NCBI GenBank assembly: GCA_050293845.1
Contig: JBNKNM010000101.1
Coordinates: 1 to 19,095 of the forward strand
DNA length: 19,095 nucleotides
Source: Pseudobacteriovorax sp.
GTDB lineage: Bacteria > Bdellovibrionota_B > Oligoflexia > Oligoflexales > Oligoflexaceae
Reading direction: 5' to 3'
The translations under genes and the position numbers were made by a program. The notes beneath the pieces are model-generated. The model did not search any database. It was not told the origin of the DNA and worked only from the letters and a program-made list of their open reading frames with translations. Each line of letters starts with the position of its first letter. Position 1 is the first letter of the stretch. Of this stretch, positions 1 through 8,075 are shown piece after piece.

Positions 1-1057
1 TAAGAGCTGATACCGTGGAGACTGCCGACGCTATGGCCCAGTGATCATAGGGCGTCTGACAGGTTTCTTGGATGGCAACTGCTAATTGCCATAATCCACC
101 GCTAGGACAAGGAGCCTTTGGCGTTCCCTCAAATTTGGTCTCTGGTTTTTCAGAGGCAATCCTTTGCTGAGGAGCCTGCCGCTTGCGCTGTTTCCTTGAA
201 ACGCTAATACCAGCGTGATGAAAAAGCGTGCCAAGGGTACGCCCTTCGCTCTTAAATGAAGCCCATTTTTTAGCGCAAGCACCGGCTTGGTATTTACTGC
301 TTTGCTGTGACCACTGGTCCCATACGTCAAGGCCATGACTATCCCCTGTAGAGTGCAGGCACATGCCTATTTCAAGCCAATCTTCATAGCTGTGTGCCCT
401 GGCTCCCAGCCTTGAGAGGGCTTCACTGACAGCAAACCAATCAACGCTGCCGTCGAGGTAGCCCTGTCCTTTGTTTGAAGGTTGCTTTATAGAGCTAGAA
501 GGTAATTTTGACTTTTCACCCTCTGATAGTTTGATGAGCCATTTAGGCGCTTCCCGCATGGGAACATTCCAAGGTTCATATTTGTTGACCCATCTATATC
601 GTTCACCTGAAATATGAAGACTAGGAGCTAGAACAACATAGCCGCCGTTGGCACGGATATCGATACCCTTTAGGATTCCTGTGCGCGTCTTGAGCGGCCT
701 GTTTGTTCTGTAGAAGATATGAAAGCCACCGCCACCGGTATGGGCCATGACGGTCTTGAAATCATCCCCATACTTTGCCTTTAGCTCCCCTAGAGTTTCT
801 AGACCGCCACTTTTTTTATCGGCATCAAGGACAATTAACGACTCACCACAGTAAAGCCCCACATTGGAACCATTAAAATCTTCGGCGCTAGAGTGTACCC
901 TAGCGGACTTGAAGCCGCCTTTTGCCTTGGGGTGCTTTCCGGGGGTGCGACAATTATCGTCACTGCACGTACATTTGCCATTCTCAACAGTATAAAGAGG
1001 AAAGGTTTCTAGGTTACTAGCTGAAAATATATCGAGTGTTTTTTGCAATTCGCTCAT
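1..1057 (-). CDS. Bifunctional DNA primase/polymerase (Prim-Pol, AEP superfamily) with PriCT-2 domain; 3' end outside window
   Basis: Not in the ORF track; translated by hand from ATG at 1057 (SD GGAG upstream): MSELQKTLDIF...FPLYTVENGKCTCSDDNCRTPGKHP...NVGLYCGESLIVLDADKKSGG...HTGGGGFHIFY...GIDIRANGGYVLAPSLHISGERYRW (Prim-Pol motifs DxD, TxxGGxH, DIR-GGYV-APS), then SYEDWLEIGMCLH...WDQWSQQSSKY...KWASF...TLGTLFHHA (PriCT-2). The frame is open to the window edge. Confidence 0.92.
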   Translation of the reverse strand, partial: MSELQKTLDIFSASNLETFPLYTVENGKCTCSDDNCRTPGKHPKAKGGFKSARVHSSAEDFNGSNVGLYCGESLIVLDADKKSGGLETLGELKAKYGDDFKTVMAHTGGGGFHIFYRTNRPLKTRTGILKGIDIRANGGYVVLAPSLHISGERYRWVNKYEPWNVPMREAPKWLIKLSEGEKSKLPSSSIKQPSNKGQGYLDGSVDWFAVSEALSRLGARAHSYEDWLEIGMCLHSTGDSHGLDVWDQWSQQSSKYQAGACAKKWASFKSEGRTLGTLFHHAGISVSRKQRKRQAPQQRIASEKPETKFEGTPKAPCPSGGLWQLAVAIQETCQTPYDHWAIASAVSTVSAL

Positions 1058-1169
1058 TCGGCTGCTCCAGGTTCAAGTAATCAGGTATTAACTCACGTTT
1101 TTTGCTGGGGTTGTTGTTTGACCTTAGTCCTAGGCTCATTTCTTCGGTTATTTGAATACGTAGCAGCAT
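1017..1169 (-). CDS. Small hypothetical protein (50 aa)
   Basis: Strong SD AAGGAG 5 nt before ATG at 1169; MLLRIQITEEMSLGLRSNNNPSKKRELIPDYLNLEQPNERIAKNTRYIFS*. Fills the gap between helicase and primase and overlaps the primase start. Confidence 0.45.
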   Translation of the reverse strand: MLLRIQITEEMSLGLRSNNNPSKKRELIPDYLNLEQPNERIAKNTRYIFS

Positions 1170-1189
1170 GACTACTCCTTTAAAAAGTA

Positions 1190-2779
1190 TTAGAAAGGCA
1201 TTTCTGCCGAGTCATAAAAGTTAGGTTCAACGCGGGGAAACTTCGGATTTTTCCCCGGTATGATGTTTATGGTGTCAAACTTTAGATTATTTATTTTCCA
1301 GAGCTTAAGGTTAGCTCTTTTCCGCTGCCAGCTTTGACCAGCTCCCGTGAGAATCCATTCTTTATATCTCTTACCATCTTCCGTGTAGTAGTAGACAATA
1401 GAACAGTCTACACCATTTTTAGTTTGTTGATCGGTATAAACCTTAAATGAATCTACTGTATAGGTTTCATAGCTTGGACCTTGATAGGTCTCATCGGTGT
1501 GACTAATAAAAAGGTGCCCACAATGATCGCAAGTAGTTTGGCTCTCTGACATATTTTCGCATTTGGGGCATGCTCTTAAGCCACCTGATGAATGTGACCT
1601 ATTTTCTTCTCTGCGCTCTTGCTTTTTAATTGAACCTTCGATGTAGGGGTCTTCGATTGATCCAAAACGGTCTAAGTTCCCAGCCATGTCGAGCACAAGG
1701 CAGTCCTTCTTATCGTCTGCGGTTCTTAATCCACGACCTAGACACTGAATCAGAAGAGACACCGATTGCGTTGCTCTGAGCATAACCACACAATCAATGC
1801 TGGGTGCGTCAAATCCGGTCGTGAGTACCCCTACATTCACGATTGCCTGATATTTCTCTGCTTTGATATCAGCTAGTATCGTCTTTCTCACAGTACCAGT
1901 GATATCTCCATCCACATAGCAAACCGATTCGGGGCTTAAATACTCATTGGTGAGTTGATTAAAAACTTCCTTCGCATGGTCCCGAGAGCAGCAAAAGAAA
2001 ATTGACAGCTTCCGATCTGCGGCAAACTTATGCCATTTTTCAAGACAGGCACCAACGACCTTGTTGGATTCAACCGTTAGCTCTTTGCTATTATAGTCAC
2101 CTGTTGAGCTAATCTTGACGTTGCTAGTATCGATAAGGGAATCGATTTCAGGAAACTTGTATTCAGATAGGTAGCCCTGGTCAATTAGCTCTCTCATCTT
2201 GATCTCATAGGCAAGATCCTCGAAGAATGCCTTGTCATGGCCCCAGATCTCACCGATGCCTAGCCGCCAGGGCGTACCCGTAAAACCAACGACAAACTTC
2301 GCATTAGCCGAATGGACCTTAAAGATTTTGCCGTAGCTGGTTGAGCTATCGGCATTTATAAGGTGAGCCTCATCGATGATAATAGCGTCAAAGAAGCCGC
2401 AAATATCGGGTTTATTCCTAAGTGAATCTCGGGAGGCAAAGATCACCTGCTGCCTTTTGTCTTTCCTCCCTTCACCAGCGCAGTAGACGCCGGTGGTGAT
2501 TGTCGGTTCAAGGTCGTTAAGCGTAGCCTCATTCTGGGTGAGAAGGTGCCCCTGGTGGCAGAGTACCAAAACCCTGGCCCAGCGATGGCTCTTTAAAAAC
2601 CATTGGCAGAGCATGGCCACCATAAGGCCCTTACCCGAACCTGTAGGGGCGACACCTAATATTCGATGGGCTAAACCGGCGTCAATTTTCTTAGCAATGC
2701 TATCAATCATAGCTGTTTGGTAGTCTCTAGGCACAAAAGTTCTCTGTGCCGCTAAAGGCAGGGCCTTTGCAGTATCCAT
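1190..2779 (-). CDS. Superfamily 2 DEAH-box helicase, RadD/YejH/IRC3-like, with C-terminal zinc ribbon
   Basis: PRDYQ Q-motif, Walker A APTGSGKG, IIDEAH, GFTGTPWR, VLTTGFDAP, QCLGRGLR, CPKC-x9-CDHC. Confidence 0.93.
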   Translation of the reverse strand: MDTAKALPLAAQRTFVPRDYQTAMIDSIAKKIDAGLAHRILGVAPTGSGKGLMVAMLCQWFLKSHRWARVLVLCHQGHLLTQNEATLNDLEPTITTGVYCAGEGRKDKRQQVIFASRDSLRNKPDICGFFDAIIIDEAHLINADSSTSYGKIFKVHSANAKFVVGFTGTPWRLGIGEIWGHDKAFFEDLAYEIKMRELIDQGYLSEYKFPEIDSLIDTSNVKISSTGDYNSKELTVESNKVVGACLEKWHKFAADRKLSIFFCCSRDHAKEVFNQLTNEYLSPESVCYVDGDITGTVRKTILADIKAEKYQAIVNVGVLTTGFDAPSIDCVVMLRATQSVSLLIQCLGRGLRTADDKKDCLVLDMAGNLDRFGSIEDPYIEGSIKKQERREENRSHSSGGLRACPKCENMSESQTTCDHCGHLFISHTDETYQGPSYETYTVDSFKVYTDQQTKNGVDCSIVYYYTEDGKRYKEWILTGAGQSWQRKRANLKLWKINNLKFDTINIIPGKNPKFPRVEPNFYDSAEMPF

Positions 2780-2810
2780 TTTGTCGTCCTTAAATGTTCA
2801 GTTTGAATGA

Positions 2811-2841
2811 CGGGAAGAGGTGGGGCGCATTCCTCCCCCCG
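2811..2841 (-). other. GC-rich stem-loop between bet and helicase
   Basis: Minus strand CGGGGGGAGG-AATGCGCCCCA-CCTCTTCCCG, a 10-bp stem with G-U pairs. No U-tract, so probably an attenuator, processing or stability element rather than a strong terminator. Confidence 0.5.
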
Positions 2842-2847
2842 GTTAGT

Positions 2848-3654
2848 TTAACTCTTCATAAGCTGTTTAATGGCTTCCTCTAGCTTAGTAACTTTGAACG
2901 GTACGGCGCTTGCTATAAGCTCTTTGTTAATCCGTTGCATTTCGCCGATTTCTTCGACACCCATACGCTTCATGGCATCCATTACCAGCATTTTCTGATG
3001 GTCAAGCCCCTGGTAGGGCATAACTCCAAGTTCAGCATTGGCAAGTTTAATCGGTTCCTCGGAAACAACTTCCGCCTGGCCCATCTCCTCAATGCTATGT
3101 AGACCCTCAAGATCCATAGGAAAGGCACGTCTAAGGGCTAGGGACTCGGCAACTTTAGCAATCATGGCCTCAGGGCCTTTTGCCCAAAAGCCGGTTGGCA
3201 CCATTTCTCCAGTCTTTTTGCTTTTATGCCTTTGCTCATAGGTAGCGAATTTGGCAATACCCCAAATAGCCTCACGTTTGCCCTTGCGATAGACACCAAC
3301 CTTGGCCGCTACGGGTGGATTGTCATCGATCCAAAAGTCACACCAACCCATTTCCTTGTCAAACCAAAAAGGACCGATATAACCTTCGTGCTCACCCGTG
3401 CGCTCTGCAATAATTCTTAGTGCATTGATACCTAGAAACGGGCGCATGACATATTGATTTTTGTCGTTATCCCACACCTTGATCGAATGGATTTGTTGGG
3501 TCAGCAAATCAAGGCCAAGCTTATTAGCCGTATAGAGCATCAAAGCTAGCTCATCATCTGAGCAGTCTTTGCCAATCATTCTTTTGACAAGTTCGAGTTG
3601 TTCTTGAGTGTTGCCAATATTATCAATAACAGTGTTTTGTTGTAGTGCTGTCAT
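2848..3654 (-). CDS. bet: Phage recombination protein Bet (RecT/Red-beta single-strand annealing protein)
   Basis: CSDDELALML...LGLDLLTQQIH...GINALRIIAERTGEHEG...W.D.W....PPVAAKVGVYRKG...W.K.PEAMIAKVAESLALRRAFP..L.GL.S.EEM, which matches the phage Bet family pattern. Confidence 0.92.
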   Translation of the reverse strand: MTALQQNTVIDNIGNTQEQLELVKRMIGKDCSDDELALMLYTANKLGLDLLTQQIHSIKVWDNDKNQYVMRPFLGINALRIIAERTGEHEGYIGPFWFDKEMGWCDFWIDDNPPVAAKVGVYRKGKREAIWGIAKFATYEQRHKSKKTGEMVPTGFWAKGPEAMIAKVAESLALRRAFPMDLEGLHSIEEMGQAEVVSEEPIKLANAELGVMPYQGLDHQKMLVMDAMKRMGVEEIGEMQRINKELIASAVPFKVTKLEEAIKQLMKS

Positions 3655-4013
3655 AGGTCAATATCCTCTAAAAGTTCGTTATCATCTTCGCTAATGGCCT
3701 CATCAAGAAAGTCGTTTTCAAGCATTTCTTTTTTAAGTTGCTCTCTTTGCTCTTTCTCACTGGCCGCCTTCTCTTTGATCACCCCGAAGCCAGGAAATAT
3801 CTTAATGATCATAGACTCAGGACATTGAATCGCTGAAAGGGCACCGATTATCCTCGGCGTGACAGTCGGTCCGGGGACCTCATGACCATTGAGGTATAAT
3901 GACATTGTAGATGGGCGTACTTTGCAGAAATTTGCAAAAGCTGCTTGACTATAACGTCTGCTTTTCAAAAATTGCTTCAACAGGCTATGGTTGAGTCGGT
4001 AGATATTTTTCAT
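3651..4013 (-). CDS. XRE/Cro-family helix-turn-helix protein with acidic C-terminal tail
   Basis: LKQFLKSRRYSQAAFANFCKVRPSTMSLYLNGHEVP is a typical HTH_3 pattern. SD AAGGAG lies at the end of the upstream gene, and there is an ATGA overlap with bet. Confidence 0.8.
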   Translation of the reverse strand: MKNIYRLNHSLLKQFLKSRRYSQAAFANFCKVRPSTMSLYLNGHEVPGPTVTPRIIGALSAIQCPESMIIKIFPGFGVIKEKAASEKEQREQLKKEMLENDFLDEAISEDDNELLEDIDL

Positions 4014-4017
4014 AGAA

Positions 4018-4653
4018 TTACTCCTTGTTTAACTGAACTCTAATTTTTGCTCTAAGTTTTTCCATTGAATATGGCAGCACCCCACCAGGGTCAAACCTAG
4101 TGCCGTCTCCCCTTGCTTCGTCAAAACCGCAGATTTGAGCTGGATCAATATTAAATGCAGTCACAGCCCACATAATAAATGATTCGAAAGTTTCAAGTTG
4201 AGCCGCTGACACTGTGTCCCAGTACATGATCGGGAACTGACCAGATTTAGCGGCAATGTTCGCCGGTCTTGGGAAAATGTTGGCAGGGCTAACCCTGTCT
4301 CCCGTCTCAGAGCGAAACGTCCTATTGAAACCGGGAACCACAACGCCCCACGATAGCAAGCTAACAATGAGGTGTTTGTTGTTAATGTCGTGGCCACCCC
4401 ATCTCACCTTACCGCCATGCCGCTGACTTGTGTGATAAGCTGATAGTTGAAACCCCCTTCCCCTGGCATCTATTAGCACATGAGTGCCTTGGCTAGACTC
4501 TTTCATATATCTGATAGCCTTTGCTCTACTTCTTTCGAATGTTGCGCGCACCGTTACACCAATTGGTTTGCCGTTGGCAAATTGCTTCCCTTGACCCAGT
4601 AGGTCATAGGAAAGAACGGTGAAGTTGCGCGCAGGGTGAGAATCGATCTTCAA
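4018..4653 (-). CDS. Amidase_2 / AmpD / PGRP-fold protein with degenerate active site
   Basis: Motif order matches Amidase_2: PIGVTVRAT, THVLIDARG..FQL, RHGGKVRWGG..IN, LIVSLL, SAAQLE, ICGFDE, RFDPGG.LP. Start chosen at TTG 4653 (GGAG 6 nt upstream) rather than TTG 4665, which has no SD. Confidence 0.75.
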   Translation of the reverse strand: MKIDSHPARNFTVLSYDLLGQGKQFANGKPIGVTVRATFERSRAKAIRYMKESSQGTHVLIDARGRGFQLSAYHTSQRHGGKVRWGGHDINNKHLIVSLLSWGVVVPGFNRTFRSETGDRVSPANIFPRPANIAAKSGQFPIMYWDTVSAAQLETFESFIMWAVTAFNIDPAQICGFDEARGDGTRFDPGGVLPYSMEKLRAKIRVQLNKE

Positions 4654-4703
4654 TTTGCGCTCCAAAAAACAGAAGAGGGGTGGATCAATAACGATCTACT
4701 AAA

Positions 4704-4732
4704 AACGTAGTGTGTGAAATTTAATTTGCCAA
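4704..4732 (-). promoter_or_regulatory. Putative sigma70 promoter for the leftward replication operon
   Basis: Minus strand TTGGCA-N17-TACGTT with an A9 tract (UP-like) just upstream of the -35. Confidence 0.5.
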
Positions 4733-5317
4733 GCTTTTTTTTTGGAGTTGCAAAATTGATATCACAAAAAATGACAACTTGTGATTAAGCCCATATTAAA
4801 GGGTAAATTGTGACGTTAATCGGCCTCGATTAAAAAGAGTCAACTAAAATTTCTTAGAGAATATTTAAAAAAGATCGTCATGTTCATAAAGAGCGCTCTT
4901 TGCGCTTTCACTTTAATCATCGTGGAAAAAAATTTGAGAATGCACGAGAGCGATTGCTGATGAGTGACTTTGGAGTAAGATGCAATATGAAATAAGAAAC
5001 TCTCAAATACCTTTCTATGAAAGGTAAATGAAAATTCTTACGGTTTGATCAGTTTTGCCTGGTTTAGCGGCAAATTGCGATTTTCGGGTGCTTTGAAAAA
5101 AATAGTCGTCGGAAATCATTTCGAAATTCGAAAATTTCTAAACAATTTTAGGGACAGACCTGCGCAATTATTTTTTAGATGTGATTCACTACCTGTTGTA
5201 GCGCGGATAAAGGAGGGATCTTCTCTCTCTTGATGCGATCAATCTTAAAATATTTCCCGGTAAGTTGAAACATCGTTGTTTCACAAGGGGACCACTTTAC
5301 CTAATTAAGGAATCCTT

Positions 5318-6202
5318 ATGTTTAAGAAAGTTCTCATTTTGACGTCAATTTCATTGTCTACTTCCGCTATATGCACAGATAAGGGAAACATAACGGAAGA
5401 AATCGTATCCCCTGCTCAGATATATAAAGTAAGTAAGAGCAGAACAGAGTTAGCAACAACTGTGACCCAGGCGACTCACCCGGATACCAATGTTAGTAGC
5501 CAACAAGTAGCTATTAGTTCTTTCGCCGCGAAAGGAGGTGCCGTCTTCGGGGTCAGTGGTAAGCATCAAACTTTCGAGGTGGCAGACATAGCAAATGGCT
5601 ATGGCCAAGCAAATGAGCTGTCAGTTATGGGAGCCTATACTTTTCATGACATACTAACTGTGGGTTTAAGGGGAGAATTTGGCAACTTTCATAAGCATGT
5701 ATTTGACCTAAGTTCCGTAAGTGAATACCAAGGTTACTATGATGACCGCTCATATAGCAGTTACCAAGTTGGGCTTGCAGTACATCAAAAAGGTTTTGAG
5801 CTGGGCCTGACATACAAACCCAAGTATGAACAAAACGGGTTGCTACTCAGGGAAGAAGTGCTCGCACATGGTAGCTTCGCCTTATCTGATAGTTTAGATA
5901 TTGGTCTTGTTGCTAGGGCTGAGCCTACTTATAAAGGTCAAAAGAAATATGACCTGACGGCCTTCACTGACTATAGGCAAACCGACTCTTTCACTATCCG
6001 GCCAGCACTTTCCTACTACAAGGTAGATCCAGACGGAAAAAATACAAGAGCGTATGAAGCTAGCCTTGGTGCATACTACGACATTTCAAATGTAACTCTC
6101 GGGGCAAAAGTTTCATACAGGCTATCTGACCCTAACGATGACCTACGTAAATCAGACTTCAAACAATCTTCCGCAATGGCCTCTATTGCGTACAGGCTCT
6201 AG
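5318..6202 (+). CDS. Outer-membrane beta-barrel protein (prophage accessory/moron gene)
   Basis: Sec signal peptide (MFKKVLILTSISLSTSA), repeated amphipathic strands (LTVGLRG, YQVGLAV, FELGLTY, LDIGLVA, ASLGAYY, TLGAKVSY) and a C-terminal beta-signal ASIAYRL. SD AAGGA. Confidence 0.8.
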   Translation: MFKKVLILTSISLSTSAICTDKGNITEEIVSPAQIYKVSKSRTELATTVTQATHPDTNVSSQQVAISSFAAKGGAVFGVSGKHQTFEVADIANGYGQANELSVMGAYTFHDILTVGLRGEFGNFHKHVFDLSSVSEYQGYYDDRSYSSYQVGLAVHQKGFELGLTYKPKYEQNGLLLREEVLAHGSFALSDSLDIGLVARAEPTYKGQKKYDLTAFTDYRQTDSFTIRPALSYYKVDPDGKNTRAYEASLGAYYDISNVTLGAKVSYRLSDPNDDLRKSDFKQSSAMASIAYRL

Positions 6203-6220
6203 CTTTTTTCTTATTTCATC

Positions 6221-6251
6221 GGGCGGGGCTTCGGCCCTTGCTCATTTCCTT
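6221..6251 (+). terminator. Stem-loop with cUUCGg tetraloop after the beta-barrel gene (probable weak intrinsic terminator)
   Basis: GGGCGGGGC-TTCG-GCCCTTGCTC followed by ATTTCCTT. Confidence 0.6.
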
Positions 6252-6264
6252 AAAGGGTTCAGAT

Positions 6265-6837
6265 ATGGCAGATATAGCTAATAAACCGACACCGATGGAA
6301 TACGCAGCACAAAGCCTTACTGATATTTATAGGCTTATAGATAACAGTGAAACCATCGACGATTACTTGATCAATAATTTTAAACAGTCAAGCCTTAAGC
6401 TAGCAAGCGCTATCGATCGCAGGATTGCACTGTTAAAAAACCTTAAATTTGAACAGGACAAACTCAAAACCATTAAAGGGCAATATGAAAACTATCTAAG
6501 AACTGTGCGACGTATTGAGGAAAGTGTTAAGGATTATACGAAGTATATCATGGAAGGTAATCCAAATTTACAGTATCGGGGTGATTTGGGTCGTATAGCT
6601 TTACAGCCATCTCAGCCTAAGTTGGTATTAGATTTTTCCCTTGAAAGCCGGACAATTTCAAATTGTATCTCGGACAAAGTACTACTCGATACCAAGATAC
6701 CTGAAAAATACATCGTTAAGCACATCCACTATGCAATCGATCGTGAAGCAATCAAGACCTATCTCGGTCAAGGTGATGTTAGCCTACCATGGGCACGCCT
6801 TGTTAGAGACAAACACATAAGAATTTATCGAGCATAA
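6265..6837 (+). CDS. Siphovirus Gp157-like protein
   Basis: Helical N-terminus (KLASAIDRRIALLKNLK...RRIEESVKDYTKYIME), then IALQPSQPKLVLD...IPEKYI...IDREAIKTYL.QG....WARLVRDKHIRI, the characteristic Gp157 C-terminus. ATG 6265 preferred (AAAGGG upstream). Confidence 0.8.
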   Translation: MADIANKPTPMEYAAQSLTDIYRLIDNSETIDDYLINNFKQSSLKLASAIDRRIALLKNLKFEQDKLKTIKGQYENYLRTVRRIEESVKDYTKYIMEGNPNLQYRGDLGRIALQPSQPKLVLDFSLESRTISNCISDKVLLDTKIPEKYIVKHIHYAIDREAIKTYLGQGDVSLPWARLVRDKHIRIYRA

Positions 6838-6857
6838 CATCATAGAAAGAAAAGAAG

Positions 6858-7208
6858 ATGATAAAGAAAAAAGCATACGATTTTAGGGAAGTAAAAGGCT
6901 ATTCGGTAGCAGAATTGGCAGAAAAACTCGATATGTCAGAAGAGAAGCTTTTATCTGTGGTTGACATCAAGCTACTCACCCGTTTCCAAGAACGGGGCTT
7001 TGATGTCGTTATCGGCGAAAAGGTCGAGGACTCGATCATAGGTCTTAAGGCGGCTCGAATTATCGGCAAGAAATTCTTTAAGGAAGTAGCTCAGGACTTT
7101 ATTGATGCCCTAGAAGTTCACCTGATTCTAGAAGCCCACGATGACAAGATTAGAAGGGAATTTAGCCATATCCCTTCTACCTCTGAAGCAGAAAAAAAAT
7201 CACACTAA
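6858..7208 (+). CDS. Stand-alone antirepressor-like DNA-binding domain protein (paralogous to the N-terminus of the next gene)
   Basis: GYSVAELAEKLDMSEEKL HTH-like start; aligns by eye with the N-terminal domain of 7219..8070. Confidence 0.6.
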   Translation: MIKKKAYDFREVKGYSVAELAEKLDMSEEKLLSVVDIKLLTRFQERGFDVVIGEKVEDSIIGLKAARIIGKKFFKEVAQDFIDALEVHLILEAHDDKIRREFSHIPSTSEAEKKSH

Positions 7209-7218
7209 GGAGAAAACT

Positions 7219-8070
7219 ATGAGCAAAAACGAATTAAAACCCATCTACGTTGCACCTTCACCAAAAGCCGAGCTTGGCGGGAAAGAAGGACTTTATGCCG
7301 ATGAGATTGCAATAAGCTTAGGTATTCCCCCTAAGAAGGTTCGGTCTAAGCTTGAGTCCGAGGGATTTCTTGGTCTCTTAAAAGAGTATGATTTTGACAC
7401 GGTTCGATTTCGGACCCCGAATAAATCCAATAGTATAGAGTTCACAGAATATGCATTAGAGACCATTGCGGCTAAATTTTTTGTTGCCCGATATAATAAT
7501 AAAATGGGTAACGGCTACCTAATCTATTTGCTCCAACTAGAAGCATTTGTAGAAAAGCAAAAAGGAATGACTTCTAGGTTGGAGTTGTTCTGCCAAACAG
7601 ACCCTATCTTTGGCCTACATCTGAGTGCAATAAAAGAGAGAAAAAGAGTACTCGAACGCCGTGAGGCTCAAGATCAAAAGCACTATGAAGGCATCGAAGC
7701 AATTGTTAATCGCAACCTTCCAAGCACGTCACTGGGATCGTTGACTCGTAATCTAGCTAAGAAGTCTTCTCGAAAAACCGCTGGGAACAGTATAAGCGAA
7801 ACCATTTCACTTAAGAAATTAAGCCAAGATTATTTCTATGGCTTGGCTCCACATATCATTAATCGGTATCTGAAATCGGTTAACCACGGAAAAAAAGGAA
7901 GTATGTGGCTGCGAGAGGGGATTGAATTTGCAGCGCGCCGTTTCTTTAAGGATGTCACTTTTGATCGTCACATTGAAGATCAGAAACTGAATGTTTACTA
8001 TCACAAACCTATTGGCTTCCACTTCACTACTGCTGACCATGTTGATCCATTACCTATTAGCAACAACTAA
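7219..8070 (+). CDS. Antirepressor-like protein (AntA/AntB-like N-domain plus C-terminal domain shared with next gene)
   Basis: SD TAAGGAG before ATG 7219. EYALETIAAKFFVARYNNKMGNGYLIYLLQLE resembles the AntA/AntB segment EY.L.ld.AK...m...n..G...r.Yfi..E. Confidence 0.65.
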   Translation: MSKNELKPIYVAPSPKAELGGKEGLYADEIAISLGIPPKKVRSKLESEGFLGLLKEYDFDTVRFRTPNKSNSIEFTEYALETIAAKFFVARYNNKMGNGYLIYLLQLEAFVEKQKGMTSRLELFCQTDPIFGLHLSAIKERKRVLERREAQDQKHYEGIEAIVNRNLPSTSLGSLTRNLAKKSSRKTAGNSISETISLKKLSQDYFYGLAPHIINRYLKSVNHGKKGSMWLREGIEFAARRFFKDVTFDRHIEDQKLNVYYHKPIGFHFTTADHVDPLPISNN

Positions 8071-8075
8071 CCGTC

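Noticed and set aside
82..336. 84-aa minus-strand ORF
   Set aside because: Alternative frame inside the primase gene (1..1057).
2493..3420. Plus-strand ORFs 2493..2723, 3038..3241, 3226..3420
   Set aside because: Antisense shadows of the helicase and bet genes; no motifs.
4018..4665. Calling this an active endolysin
   Set aside because: Two Zn-ligand His residues and the catalytic Glu appear substituted, and there is no holin/spanin context.
4980..5233. Small ORFs in the divergent region (15-aa MQYEIRNSQIPFYER at 4980 with GGAG; 62-aa ORF 5045..5233)
   Set aside because: Too short or lacking coding signal; no signal peptide or arbitrium-like receptor nearby. A leader-peptide role cannot be excluded.
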